Assembly (NCBI GenBank): GCA_050251055.1
Contig: JBFWNL010000001.1
Coordinates: forward strand, 683,825-747,824
Direction of reading: 5' to 3'
Length of the DNA stretch: 64,000 nt
Source: Bacteriovoracia bacterium
GTDB lineage: Bacteria > Bdellovibrionota > UBA1018 > JBFWNL01
Shown: in pieces, positions 39,783-48,620 of the stretch
Layout of the letters: each line of letters starts with the position of its first letter
Numbering within the stretch: the stretch's first letter is position 1
Notes under the pieces: generated by a model
Database searches by the model: none
The model's input: the letters and a program-made list of their open reading frames with translations, nothing else
What the model was told of the DNA's origin: nothing
Position numbers and translations under genes: made by a program

Positions 39783-40761
39783 GAGCGTAATCCTTTTCCA
39801 AGCCTTGCTGGAACTTCATTTCGAACTGGATCATGCGATCGAGCATCTGCTCCAGATCGACGGTCGGTTTCCAGCCCAGATCCTGGCGGATCTTCGCGCT
39901 CGAGCCGTACACGGCGAGCGGCTCGTGCAACCGGAAGTACCGGGGATCCGCCTGCACGTGTTTCTCGAAATCGAGCCCCAGGCGGCCGAACACGGAGCGC
40001 AGCACGTGCTCGAGCGAGTACGATTGACCAGTGCAGATCAGGTAATCTTCGGGCTTGGCGGCCTTGAGCATGCGCCAGCAGGCATCCACGTAATCGGGCG
40101 CGTAACCAAAATCGCGAATCACGCTCGCATTACCGAACTGCAAGGTCTTTTCCTTGCCGAGCTTGATACGGACGGCGGCGCGGACCGCCTTCTTCGCCGC
40201 GAAGTTCTCGTGACGCCGGGGCGACTCGTGATTGAAGAACACGCCATTCACGGCGAAAAGTCCGTAGTTGCGCCGGTACGACGTCACCATATGGTGCGCG
40301 TAAGCCTTGGTGCAGCCGTACGGGTTATACGGCGCGAGCGGGGTCGCTTCCGTCAGCGGCGTATCGCCCGACGGATAGAAAATCTCGGAGCTCGACGCTT
40401 GGAAGTAGCGGATGGAGCGATCGACCTTCAGGATCGCCTCTAACAAATGCGTGGGAATCACGCCCGAAGCGCGGAAGGTCTCGTCCACCATCTCCCACGA
40501 CTTGCTGACGTAGACCTGCCCGGCGAAATTATAAACCTCGGTAGGCTTCACGGCCGCCAGGATTTCGGCTAGGTGGTGCGTTTCGTAGGACGAGTCCACG
40601 AGCTCGATCTTGCCTTCGAGGTGAGCGATGTTCAGCGAGAACCGGCGCGCAGGATCGCGCGTGATGCCGACGACGCGATAGCCGTTCTTCAGCAGGAGCT
40701 CTGACAGGTACGACCCGTCTTGGCCCGAGATCCCCGTAATGAGCGCGACCGGCTTTGCCAT
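39766..40761 (-). CDS. GDP-mannose 4,6-dehydratase family protein (second, divergent paralog)
   Basis: [45 protein letters not shown]. Confidence 0.85.
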   Translation of the reverse strand: MAKPVALITGISGQDGSYLSELLLKNGYRVVGITRDPARRFSLNIAHLEGKIELVDSSYETHHLAEILAAVKPTEVYNFAGQVYVSKSWEMVDETFRASGVIPTHLLEAILKVDRSIRYFQASSSEIFYPSGDTPLTEATPLAPYNPYGCTKAYAHHMVTSYRRNYGLFAVNGVFFNHESPRRHENFAAKKAVRAAVRIKLGKEKTLQFGNASVIRDFGYAPDYVDACWRMLKAAKPEDYLICTGQSYSLEHVLRSVFGRLGLDFEKHVQADPRYFRLHEPLAVYGSSAKIRQDLGWKPTVDLEQMLDRMIQFEMKFQQGLEKDYAHEHPV

Positions 40762-41447
40762 CACCAGGCCGTCCATCCGCCGTCGACGGGATACACACCG
40801 CCGGTGCAGTAAGAGGAGTCTTCCGCGACGAGAAACCGAACCAGGCCGGTGATTTCGTCGGCTTCCGCCATGCGGCCCATGGGCGTGCGCTCCGAATAAG
40901 CGCGCATGAACTTGTCATCCTGCTGATGCCGGATCCCGCCCGGCACGACGCAGTTCACGCGGATCTTCGGCGCCCAGTGCGTGGAGAGGTGCCGCGTGAG
41001 CTGCACGACCGAGGCCTTGGAAATTCCGTAGCCCAGATGCTTCTCGCCATCGTCATAGAGCGTGGGAATCGGCGAAGTCACGCCGTAAACCGAGGAAAAA
41101 TTCACGATCGACCCTTGCTTATTCACCCGGGCGAACTCGCGACAGACCGAAAAGAGCGTGATCACGTTCGTCTCGAAATACTCGCGCAAGCTATCCAGCG
41201 TGATGTCCATCAGGCGCGTAGCCGGGCGCTGTCCGCCCGCCGCCACGTGATCGACCATCGCAAACAAGTTCACGAGCCCATCGGCCGGGTTCGCCGCGAA
41301 CCACTCGCGGACGAACTTCGGATCGCGCAGGTCGTGCCCGAGAGCGAGGTCGAGTGCCAACACTTCGAACTCCGTCGCCAGCTTCGGGGTCAGGGCGCGG
41401 CCCACGATCCCGCGGGAACCGGCGATGATGACGCGTTTTCTCTTCAT
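40761..41447 (-). CDS. Short-chain dehydrogenase/reductase (PtmA-like)
   Basis: AGSRGIVG, NFSSVYG, YGISK (YxxxK), IRVNCVVPGG, PMGRMA, VDGGWTAW. Confidence 0.9.
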   Translation of the reverse strand: MKRKRVIIAGSRGIVGRALTPKLATEFEVLALDLALGHDLRDPKFVREWFAANPADGLVNLFAMVDHVAAGGQRPATRLMDITLDSLREYFETNVITLFSVCREFARVNKQGSIVNFSSVYGVTSPIPTLYDDGEKHLGYGISKASVVQLTRHLSTHWAPKIRVNCVVPGGIRHQQDDKFMRAYSERTPMGRMAEADEITGLVRFLVAEDSSYCTGGVYPVDGGWTAW

Positions 41448-42664
41448 TTCCCTTTGAACTTCTTGATCGTCTTACGCAGCACTTCGGCCTTCGTTTCGGC
41501 CAGGCGTACATCGCGATAGTTGGTCTTGAACTGCATCAAGCGCTTCTGGATGCGTTCCGCGACCGGGCAAAGCCCCGGGGCGTAGGAAACATCCTGATAG
41601 ATCTGTGGCATGCGCGAGACAAACTTGCGTTCGGCGATCAGCGGTTCCAAATAAGGCACCGACCAGGCACCGTAGATCCCATCGCCGCCTTCTTGAATGT
41701 AGGCTTTGCGGAAATCCTGCCAGCTCACACCGATCGCTTCTTCGCCGTGATAGACGACGCCGAGCGTGTAGTACGAGTTATGGAAGCCGTCCGGCGTCTT
41801 CTGCGGGACAAGGTAGTCGCATTCCGACATAACATCCATGAAGAGCTTCGCGGATTTGATCCGCAGGTCCACCAAGTATTCCACCTGTTCGAGTTGCGCC
41901 ATCGCGACCGCCGCGCAGAATTCCGGCAGGCGGTAGTTCCAACCCAGCGAATCGTGACGTTTGTAATTCGGGTCTTGGAAGACGTCCTGGTTTAAGCGGG
42001 TGCGGCCTTCGGAAGCACGCAGGTTTTTAAACCCATGCCCGCCGATCTTGCGTACCTTCTCGGCCAGGGCTTCGCTGTCGGTGATGAGCATGCCGCCCTC
42101 ACCGCAGGAAAGATGCTTGGTGTTCTCGAAGCTGAAGCTCGCGAGATCGCCGAACGTGCCGGCCAGCTGGCCCTTGTAGGTACCGAGCACGCACTGGGCG
42201 TTGTCTTCGATCACGGGAATATTATGCTTGCGCGCGATCTTCATGATCGGGTCCATGTCGGCCGGCAATCCGTAGAGCGAGACCGGCATGATGGCCTTGG
42301 TCTTCTTCGTGATCTTGCGCTCGAGATCGGCCGGATCCATGTTGAAGGTTTCCGCATCCACGTCGCAGAACACCGGGACCGCATTCGCGTGGAACGTAGA
42401 AGTGGTGTCCATGATCACGGTCAACGCCGGCGATATGACTTCATCACCCGCTTGCACCCCTACTGCTTCGAGGGCCGCATGCAAGGTAGCCGTGCCGGAG
42501 TTAAACGCCACCGCGTATTTCGTGTTAAATTTTTCGGCGAAAGCCTTTTCCAAAGTCTGCACCCAAGTGCCGCTCGTGGCGGACCAGGATTCGGAGCCCA
42601 ACACCTTCGTCAGGTATTCCAGCTCGTTGCCTAGGTACTTGGAGGGATTTTCAATTTTTTGCAT
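41444..42664 (-). CDS. DegT/DnrJ/EryC1/StrS family PLP aminotransferase
   Basis: NSGTATLHAAL, IEDNAQ, SFSFENTKHLSCGEGG, GWNYRL. Confidence 0.92.
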   Translation of the reverse strand: MQKIENPSKYLGNELEYLTKVLGSESWSATSGTWVQTLEKAFAEKFNTKYAVAFNSGTATLHAALEAVGVQAGDEVISPALTVIMDTTSTFHANAVPVFCDVDAETFNMDPADLERKITKKTKAIMPVSLYGLPADMDPIMKIARKHNIPVIEDNAQCVLGTYKGQLAGTFGDLASFSFENTKHLSCGEGGMLITDSEALAEKVRKIGGHGFKNLRASEGRTRLNQDVFQDPNYKRHDSLGWNYRLPEFCAAVAMAQLEQVEYLVDLRIKSAKLFMDVMSECDYLVPQKTPDGFHNSYYTLGVVYHGEEAIGVSWQDFRKAYIQEGGDGIYGAWSVPYLEPLIAERKFVSRMPQIYQDVSYAPGLCPVAERIQKRLMQFKTNYRDVRLAETKAEVLRKTIKKFKGK

Positions 42665-43427
42665 TCCAGTTCTCCTTCAGGACTAACTTGGTCTTGGCGA
42701 CTTGGTTGTTTTTCCATTGCTCATGGAGATGACGGTTCAAGCCGATCACTTCGGGATGCTGATCCAGGTAAGCCACGATGTCGCGCAACCCGAAAGCGGG
42801 CTTCTGCGGCTTCAGCGCCTTCACGACGGCGTCGAAGAAGCGGAAGTCGTCTTCGTAATCCAGGGTCATGCGGATATCGTCACGGCAGAACACCGGGTCG
42901 GGCTTCTGCAGCAGCTCGTTGCGGAAAAGACCGGTGTCCTTGAAGTACACCCACATCATTTCGGTTTCTTCCGTGGCCTTGATCTCGCAAACCTTCTGGA
43001 GGGCGGCGGCGGAAATTCCGTAAGTGAAAGCGCCGCAAATTACTTCCGGGCTCTCGATGAAGTCGGCACCGGTACGATCGTGCTGATCAAACGCTTGATC
43101 CATGAGTTCGGGCTCGCAAAACAGATCATCGCCGTCGGCGGTTACGAAGAAGTCGACGCCGTTGGCTTTACAGGCCCCGTTCCAGCGCTCGAGCTTGTCC
43201 TTCACGCTGCCTCGAAAAACCCGCACGCCGTTCTTTTCGGCGAGCTGGCAAAGCACGTCGTCTTCCGGCAGCGTCGTCGTGCAAAGAACCACGAAATTCG
43301 CACGCTTGGAGCGTAAGGCCCGTTGCATCACGTATTCGATCGTGGTGAGGCCCATGATCGTCTTCAATGCCTTCTGAGCCAAGCGCGAAGACCCCGTTCT
43401 TACGGTAATAAATATGGCTTTGGTCAC
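42651..43427 (-). CDS. Acylneuraminate/Kdo-type cytidylyltransferase (SpsF-like)
   Basis: VRTGSSRLAQK, FRGS...DKLER, DGDDLF, RMTLDYEDD. Confidence 0.88.
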   Translation of the reverse strand: MTKAIFITVRTGSSRLAQKALKTIMGLTTIEYVMQRALRSKRANFVVLCTTTLPEDDVLCQLAEKNGVRVFRGSVKDKLERWNGACKANGVDFFVTADGDDLFCEPELMDQAFDQHDRTGADFIESPEVICGAFTYGISAAALQKVCEIKATEETEMMWVYFKDTGLFRNELLQKPDPVFCRDDIRMTLDYEDDFRFFDAVVKALKPQKPAFGLRDIVAYLDQHPEVIGLNRHLHEQWKNNQVAKTKLVLKENWNAKN

Positions 43428-43555
43428 GGTGAGGTTTTACTCATTTAGCCGAGGAAATGACAACCGTTTTGCATCATTTACAGGCACCGATACTTGACTA
43501 TTTCCATTTAGTAGTTGGCTTGTCCATCGCATTCAGCTAACCCTAAATCATCCCC

Positions 43556-45310
43556 ATGCCACGCATACACGAACTGACTCAGTTTTTAGGTAAAAAGACG
43601 CTTTGGCTCATGGTCATGGGCGTCTTCACCGGCATAACGCTATTTGGCATCGAAATTTTTTTCGCGCAAACGATCGACGTTTTCCTGCAGGCGATTGGCG
43701 GCACGCCGGTCGAGTCGATCGCCCGTTCTTTTCTCATCACCTGGCTCCCCTTAAACGGATTCACGAGCGTCTTGGTGTTACTCGGGACTTTGGGCGCGAT
43801 CCGCGGCCTACTCCAATGCGCGCAAGTTTACTTTCCCAGCCTCACGGCCGAAGAGCAACGCTTCGTCCATCGCGGTCGCGTCTTACACTGGGCCTTTCGC
43901 AGTCATTCCGCCAATAGCGGCGAGATCATGACTTTATTCAGCGATACGACTTCGGGCGCGGCGACCGCGATCTTGAGCGTACAAGCTTTGGCCGCCCTGA
44001 TTCCCGTCGCCCTGCTGCTCTGGGTAGGCTTGCTTCAGATCGCGATGATGCCTACCCTGATCGTCACCGGCTGCTTGGCGCTACTCGCGTTGGGGCTGAA
44101 GGCGCTCGATTCCATCACCCAACGCGCGGGCGTGCAGGTTGCGCGCGAAGGCGCCGCGATCAACGCCAACGTCCTGGCTAATATTAAAAACCTGCTGCTA
44201 ATGCAGATTTACGGGACCGAAGCCAAGGAAGCGAATCGCGTGGAGGCAAGCCTCGCGAACTACTATCGCCACAGTCATCTCCAGCTCGTGCTCATGAGCG
44301 CGAAGTACGCCATCCCGCAGATCTTCGGCGTCGTCCTCATCTGCATCATCACCGCGGCCGCGCTCCAAGGCCCGGATCGTCTACCGGCCGGCGTGCTGAT
44401 CGCCTATTTTTACCTGTTCGTGCGTTTCGTGCAGAACGTTTCGGAAATCCTGCGGCAGCTCTCTTTCATCGAATACTACAAGCCGCACCTCGTCCGCATG
44501 TTCGGCTGGTGGAAACAGAATGGGCAAGCCGCCCAAGCCTTACGGTTGGCGGTCCCATCCGCGCAGGTCCCTCCCCTACTCACCGGCCCGGGCGGCACGG
44601 GTTGGCGCCTTAAAGAGGTCGAGTTCCGCTATCCCGACGCGGCGGCTCCCGTGCTCCAAAAACTTTCGGCGGAGATCGCCCCGGGCGAAACGTTCGTGAT
44701 CGTGGGCCCTTCCGGATCCGGCAAGTCGACGCTCGTGTCTTTGCTTCTAGGTAACCTTCAACCCAGCTCGGGGGATGTGAAACTCGTCGTGAAAGACGAG
44801 AAAGGTACGGAAAACTTCCCGCTCGCCGAGGTGCGTGCTCGTTTCTTAAAAACCGTCGGTTACGTCGGTCCCGAGAGCTTCCTGCTCGCCGGCACAATCC
44901 TGGAAAACCTGACGTATGGTTTGGATCAGATGCCTAACCCCGCGCAGATTGAGCGCGCCCTGCAGACGGCGGAATGCCAATTCGTGTTCGAACTCCCCAA
45001 GGGCACGGCCCATCTGATTTCCGAGCAAGGCCAGGGGTTGTCCGCCGGCCAGAAGCAACGTCTCGCCCTGGCGCGCGCCCTCTTGCGTAATCCCACAACA
45101 CTGATCTTGGACGAGGCGACGGCGAATCTCGATCTCGAGACAGAACAACGGCTCGTGAACACTTTAAAGAAGCTCAAGCACAAGATGACCATCATCGGCG
45201 TCACGCATCGCCAAGCGCTGCTCGAAATCGCCGACCATACGTTGCGTCTGGAAGAATCTACTCAAACAGCGGGTGGCCCGCGGCCACGAATTCCCGCAAA
45301 AACTCTTTAA
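43556..45310 (+). CDS. ABC exporter, fused permease/ATP-binding (MsbA/PglK-like)
   Basis: N-terminal TMD; Walker A GPSGSGKST, signature LSAGQKQR, Walker B LILDEATANLD, THR switch. Confidence 0.92.
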   Translation: MPRIHELTQFLGKKTLWLMVMGVFTGITLFGIEIFFAQTIDVFLQAIGGTPVESIARSFLITWLPLNGFTSVLVLLGTLGAIRGLLQCAQVYFPSLTAEEQRFVHRGRVLHWAFRSHSANSGEIMTLFSDTTSGAATAILSVQALAALIPVALLLWVGLLQIAMMPTLIVTGCLALLALGLKALDSITQRAGVQVAREGAAINANVLANIKNLLLMQIYGTEAKEANRVEASLANYYRHSHLQLVLMSAKYAIPQIFGVVLICIITAAALQGPDRLPAGVLIAYFYLFVRFVQNVSEILRQLSFIEYYKPHLVRMFGWWKQNGQAAQALRLAVPSAQVPPLLTGPGGTGWRLKEVEFRYPDAAAPVLQKLSAEIAPGETFVIVGPSGSGKSTLVSLLLGNLQPSSGDVKLVVKDEKGTENFPLAEVRARFLKTVGYVGPESFLLAGTILENLTYGLDQMPNPAQIERALQTAECQFVFELPKGTAHLISEQGQGLSAGQKQRLALARALLRNPTTLILDEATANLDLETEQRLVNTLKKLKHKMTIIGVTHRQALLEIADHTLRLEESTQTAGGPRPRIPAKTL

Positions 45311-47474
45311 TCGGCGGCGCGACCATGTGGGCCGGCACGCCCGCCGCGCTCAGGATCGCCTCGCGCACCTGGGTCGCGCTCAAAGACTCACGGCGCGAAG
45401 CCGGGTGAGCGCAACTCTCGGTCACTTGCCCACAATCCGCGCAGTAGTAAGCGGCTTCAAATAGGATCGGCTGGATGCCGATGTCGCCTAGTTTACCGAA
45501 AATTTCCTGGGAAGCGTTGGCGGAATAATAATTCCCGACGCCCGTGTGATCGCGGCCCACCACGATGTGGCTGCAGCCGAAGTTCTTGCGGCAGATCGCG
45601 GTGAAGGCGGCTTCGTGCGGGCCCGCGTAGCGCGGATACGTATTGAATACTCCCAAGACCGCCGGATACGGGGCATAGAGATCTTCCTTCAAGGCGACGT
45701 CATACGCGCCCAAGATCGCCGGCGCCGTGAAGTCACCCGCTTTTTTTGGCCCGATCACGGGGCTGATGAAGAGCGCGTCCGCGTTCGCGCGCTTGAGCGC
45801 CTCACGCTGGATAAAGAGATGGCCCGCGTGCACGATGTTGCGGGTATGGAACGCCACGATCGTCCGCCAGCCCATCGTCGAAAAGAGCTTGCGCGACTGG
45901 CGCGGAGTCAGAAAATGCGGGGACGGCGCGGCGGAGCGCTCGAACGCCCGGAAAACCTCGCCGCTGATAATAAACTTACCCTTATCCCGAAAAGCCGTGA
46001 ACCCGGGATGCTTCTGATCGTGGGTACCGAACCAGCGCTCGCCGACGGAGACGAGGTCGATCTCCTCGACGGCCGCGACTTTAAGGTATCCACAGGCACG
46101 CGCTTCCCCGGGCGCCTGGAGCGCAACCCATTGGCCCGCTTTCACCGCCGGCTTATCCACCGACTGCAGGAGAATCGGCATCGTCCAGATCTCGCCGCTC
46201 GCGCAGCGGTTATCGTCGACGACACGCGCGAGCTCGGCCGCGCCCATGAAGTGCTTAATCGGCGAATAGACGCCTTCCACGATCTGCAGGACGTCGAGCG
46301 CCGTGCGCTCATCGATCGCGAGCTTTGGCCAGGTGGCGGCATTCGCCACGGTTTGACCGGGCGGTGTCGGTTGCTCGACCAGCGTTCCTCCGTGGGGCGC
46401 GATCAATCCGCCGTCGGAGCTACTTCGAATGAATTGGAGCGTGGTCTGATCGCTCCCCGCTTGGACTTGACCCGCGTAGCTGCCCACTTCGCGGATCGTC
46501 TGGCGGATCATGCGTACCGATTCGACGGGGTACTTCCCGATCGCGGTTTCGGCGGCGAGCACCAAGCCCGAGGCGCCGTTTAAGAGCGTGTTGGTTACGT
46601 CGTTAATCTCGGCGCGGGTGGGCTGAAGATTGTTGAACATGCTTTCGAGGAGGTTCGTGGCCACATAAGTGGGCGTACCGGCCGCGGTCGCGCATTGAGT
46701 GATGTATTTTTGGGCAAGCCCGATCTTCCAGATGTCCACATCGCGCGAGAGGTCGCCGCGGTCGATGAGAATGGCGTCGCTGACGCCCAAGATCTCGGCC
46801 AAGTTGGCGAGCGCGGCCGTGCTTTCGACCTTTGAAATGATCGTGACGGGACAGCCGAAAAACTCGCGCAGCCACTTCACATCGGCGCCCCGAGAAGCGA
46901 ACGAAAACGCCACGTGTTTTAGCCCGTGCTGCTTGGCAATGGCGAGCGCGGCCCGGTCTTTTTCGGTGAAGGGCGGCAGTTCGACCAGACGGTCCAGGCT
47001 TACCCCTTTGTTGCTGCCCACTAACCCGCCCGCTAGCACGCGGCCGTGCGCTCCTTGAGCATCCACGGCCGTGACTTGAATCACCGCGGAGTTGAAATCC
47101 AGATGCAAGACATCTCCCGCATGCAGGAGCTGCGCGGGATCGATGGGATAAAGCGGGATCACGGAATCGGTGCCGGTTTCTTGCGCGCCGACGAACCGTA
47201 CGCTCGCTCCCCGCCTAAGGGTGGTGGTCCCTTCTCCCATACGGCCGGTACGGATCTGTGCGCCTTCGGTATCCACACAAAGGGGCTTCTTCGTCCACTG
47301 CGAGACGTTGCGGATAATCTCCGGCAGTTTCTCGGCCGGGGTGTGAGACATATTGATGCGAAAGACATCCACCCCTTCGCGATCCATCGCCTCGACTTTA
47401 CGGCGATCCATGGACGCGGGTCCTAGGGTCACCAGCAATTGAATATCGGCGGGCTTTTCTACCGGAAGCTTCAT
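45258..47474 (-). CDS. Fusion of a pyruvate kinase-like domain (aa ~1-331) and sulfate adenylyltransferase/ATP sulfurylase (aa ~357-738)
   Basis: PK motifs: TLGPAS, RINMSH, IRTG, SKVE, RGDL, ATNLLESM, PTRAE, ETAIGKYPVE. Sat motifs: LIAPHGGTLV, GVYSP, FHTRN..HAGH, KKAGD, RYAGPHEA, RKNFGCSH..VGRDH.GVG, CxxC...CxH. One uninterrupted frame. Confidence 0.92.
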   Translation of the reverse strand: MKLPVEKPADIQLLVTLGPASMDRRKVEAMDREGVDVFRINMSHTPAEKLPEIIRNVSQWTKKPLCVDTEGAQIRTGRMGEGTTTLRRGASVRFVGAQETGTDSVIPLYPIDPAQLLHAGDVLHLDFNSAVIQVTAVDAQGAHGRVLAGGLVGSNKGVSLDRLVELPPFTEKDRAALAIAKQHGLKHVAFSFASRGADVKWLREFFGCPVTIISKVESTAALANLAEILGVSDAILIDRGDLSRDVDIWKIGLAQKYITQCATAAGTPTYVATNLLESMFNNLQPTRAEINDVTNTLLNGASGLVLAAETAIGKYPVESVRMIRQTIREVGSYAGQVQAGSDQTTLQFIRSSSDGGLIAPHGGTLVEQPTPPGQTVANAATWPKLAIDERTALDVLQIVEGVYSPIKHFMGAAELARVVDDNRCASGEIWTMPILLQSVDKPAVKAGQWVALQAPGEARACGYLKVAAVEEIDLVSVGERWFGTHDQKHPGFTAFRDKGKFIISGEVFRAFERSAAPSPHFLTPRQSRKLFSTMGWRTIVAFHTRNIVHAGHLFIQREALKRANADALFISPVIGPKKAGDFTAPAILGAYDVALKEDLYAPYPAVLGVFNTYPRYAGPHEAAFTAICRKNFGCSHIVVGRDHTGVGNYYSANASQEIFGKLGDIGIQPILFEAAYYCADCGQVTESCAHPASRRESLSATQVREAILSAAGVPAHMVAPPIKEFLREFVAAGHPLFE

Positions 47475-48004
47475 ACGAAGGCCTCTCCACCCGAGCCGGT
47501 CGGCACCCGGCTCAACACGTGTTTCACCAAGGCTTGGCCGATCTCTTCACGCGATGTCTTTTCGGTGTCAAAAGTAAACTCCGGATTGGCCGGGACTTCA
47601 AAAGGGTCGTCGATACCGGTGAAATTCTTAATCTCCCCCGCCCGGGCGCGAAGATAAAGCCCTTTAGGGTCCCGCTGCTCACAAACCTCCAATCGGGTGG
47701 CGAGATAAACTTCCGTGAAATCTTTGCACATGCCCCGCACGGCCGCACGCGCTTCGGCATACGGCGAAATAAACGAAGCGACCACCACCACGCCGTGCTT
47801 CTCGAGCATGCTCGCCACGTACCCCGCGTACTTGATGTGCCGGTCGCGGTCAGTGCGCGTAAACGACGTTTCGGGAAACACCGCACGAATGGCATCCCCG
47901 TCGAGGTGCTCCACGCGCAGTCCCTTGTCCTTCAGTTGACCCGTAACATAAGTCGCCAGGGTCGTTTTTCCGGAGCCTGAAAGCCCGGTTAGCCAAACTA
48001 CCAT
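47471..48004 (-). CDS. cysC: Adenylyl-sulfate (APS) kinase
   Basis: WLTGLSGSGKTT, LDGD.IR, SFISPY, RDPKGLY..ARAGEIKNFTGIDDPFE; ATGA overlap with the fusion gene. Confidence 0.95.
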   Translation of the reverse strand: MVVWLTGLSGSGKTTLATYVTGQLKDKGLRVEHLDGDAIRAVFPETSFTRTDRDRHIKYAGYVASMLEKHGVVVVASFISPYAEARAAVRGMCKDFTEVYLATRLEVCEQRDPKGLYLRARAGEIKNFTGIDDPFEVPANPEFTFDTEKTSREEIGQALVKHVLSRVPTGSGGEAFV

Positions 48005-48092
48005 TGTGGGCGGATATTAGTTTGGCGGCTTCGCCCTCGTCAAGCTTGGAAATCCTTGAGTTTTCCCAGGGTTTCCCAGATGATGACGCTCC

Positions 48093-48620
48093 ATGAAGTT
48101 TATTGAGTCGCCACTCACGGGCGTGTGGACCATCGAAGCCGAGACCTTTCGGGACGAGCGCGGGTCGTTTTCCCAGGTCTTTCTGACCGAGGAGTTCAGG
48201 CAACATAAACTCGAGACCGAGTTCGGCCAGTGGAGCCTTTCGGACAACGAGATCCGGGGAACGCTTCGCGGGATGCACTTCCAGAAACCTCCGTTCGCCC
48301 AGGGCAAGCTGATCCAATGCGTACGTGGGTCTATTTTTGATGTCGCGATCGACTTGCGCGAAGGTTCACCCACTTTCCGAAAGTGGTGGGGAACCGAAAT
48401 CAGCGCGAAGAACAACCGCATGCTGCACATCGCGCCCGGCTTCGCCCATGGTTTCATCACGCTGGAAGATCACACCTGCGTCTACTACCATCTGTCGAAG
48501 ACCTACACGCCCGATAGCCAGAGCGGGATTCGCTGGGATGACCCGAAGATCGGCATCCATTGGCCGCTGAATCCCACGCGTGTTTCGGATCGCGATCGCG
48601 CGTACCCGTTGCTCAAGTAG
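48093..48620 (+). CDS. rfbC: dTDP-4-dehydrorhamnose 3,5-epimerase
   Basis: DERGSF, GTLRGMHFQ, QGKL, DVAIDLREGSPTF, GFAHGF, GIRWDDP. Confidence 0.95.
   Translation: MKFIESPLTGVWTIEAETFRDERGSFSQVFLTEEFRQHKLETEFGQWSLSDNEIRGTLRGMHFQKPPFAQGKLIQCVRGSIFDVAIDLREGSPTFRKWWGTEISAKNNRMLHIAPGFAHGFITLEDHTCVYYHLSKTYTPDSQSGIRWDDPKIGIHWPLNPTRVSDRDRAYPLLK

Noticed and set aside
38898-46583. Long + strand ORFs 38898..40067 and 45546..46583
   Set aside because: Antisense to NeuB/gmd2 and PK-Sat; shadow frames.
45258-48004. Campylobacter-type O-methyl phosphoramidate pathway (CysC-like kinase plus PEP-related enzyme)
   Set aside because: That pathway uses a PPDK-like glutamine kinase, a nucleotidyltransferase and an amidotransferase. 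Here the partner is a true Sat and a sulfotransferase is present, favouring PAPS.
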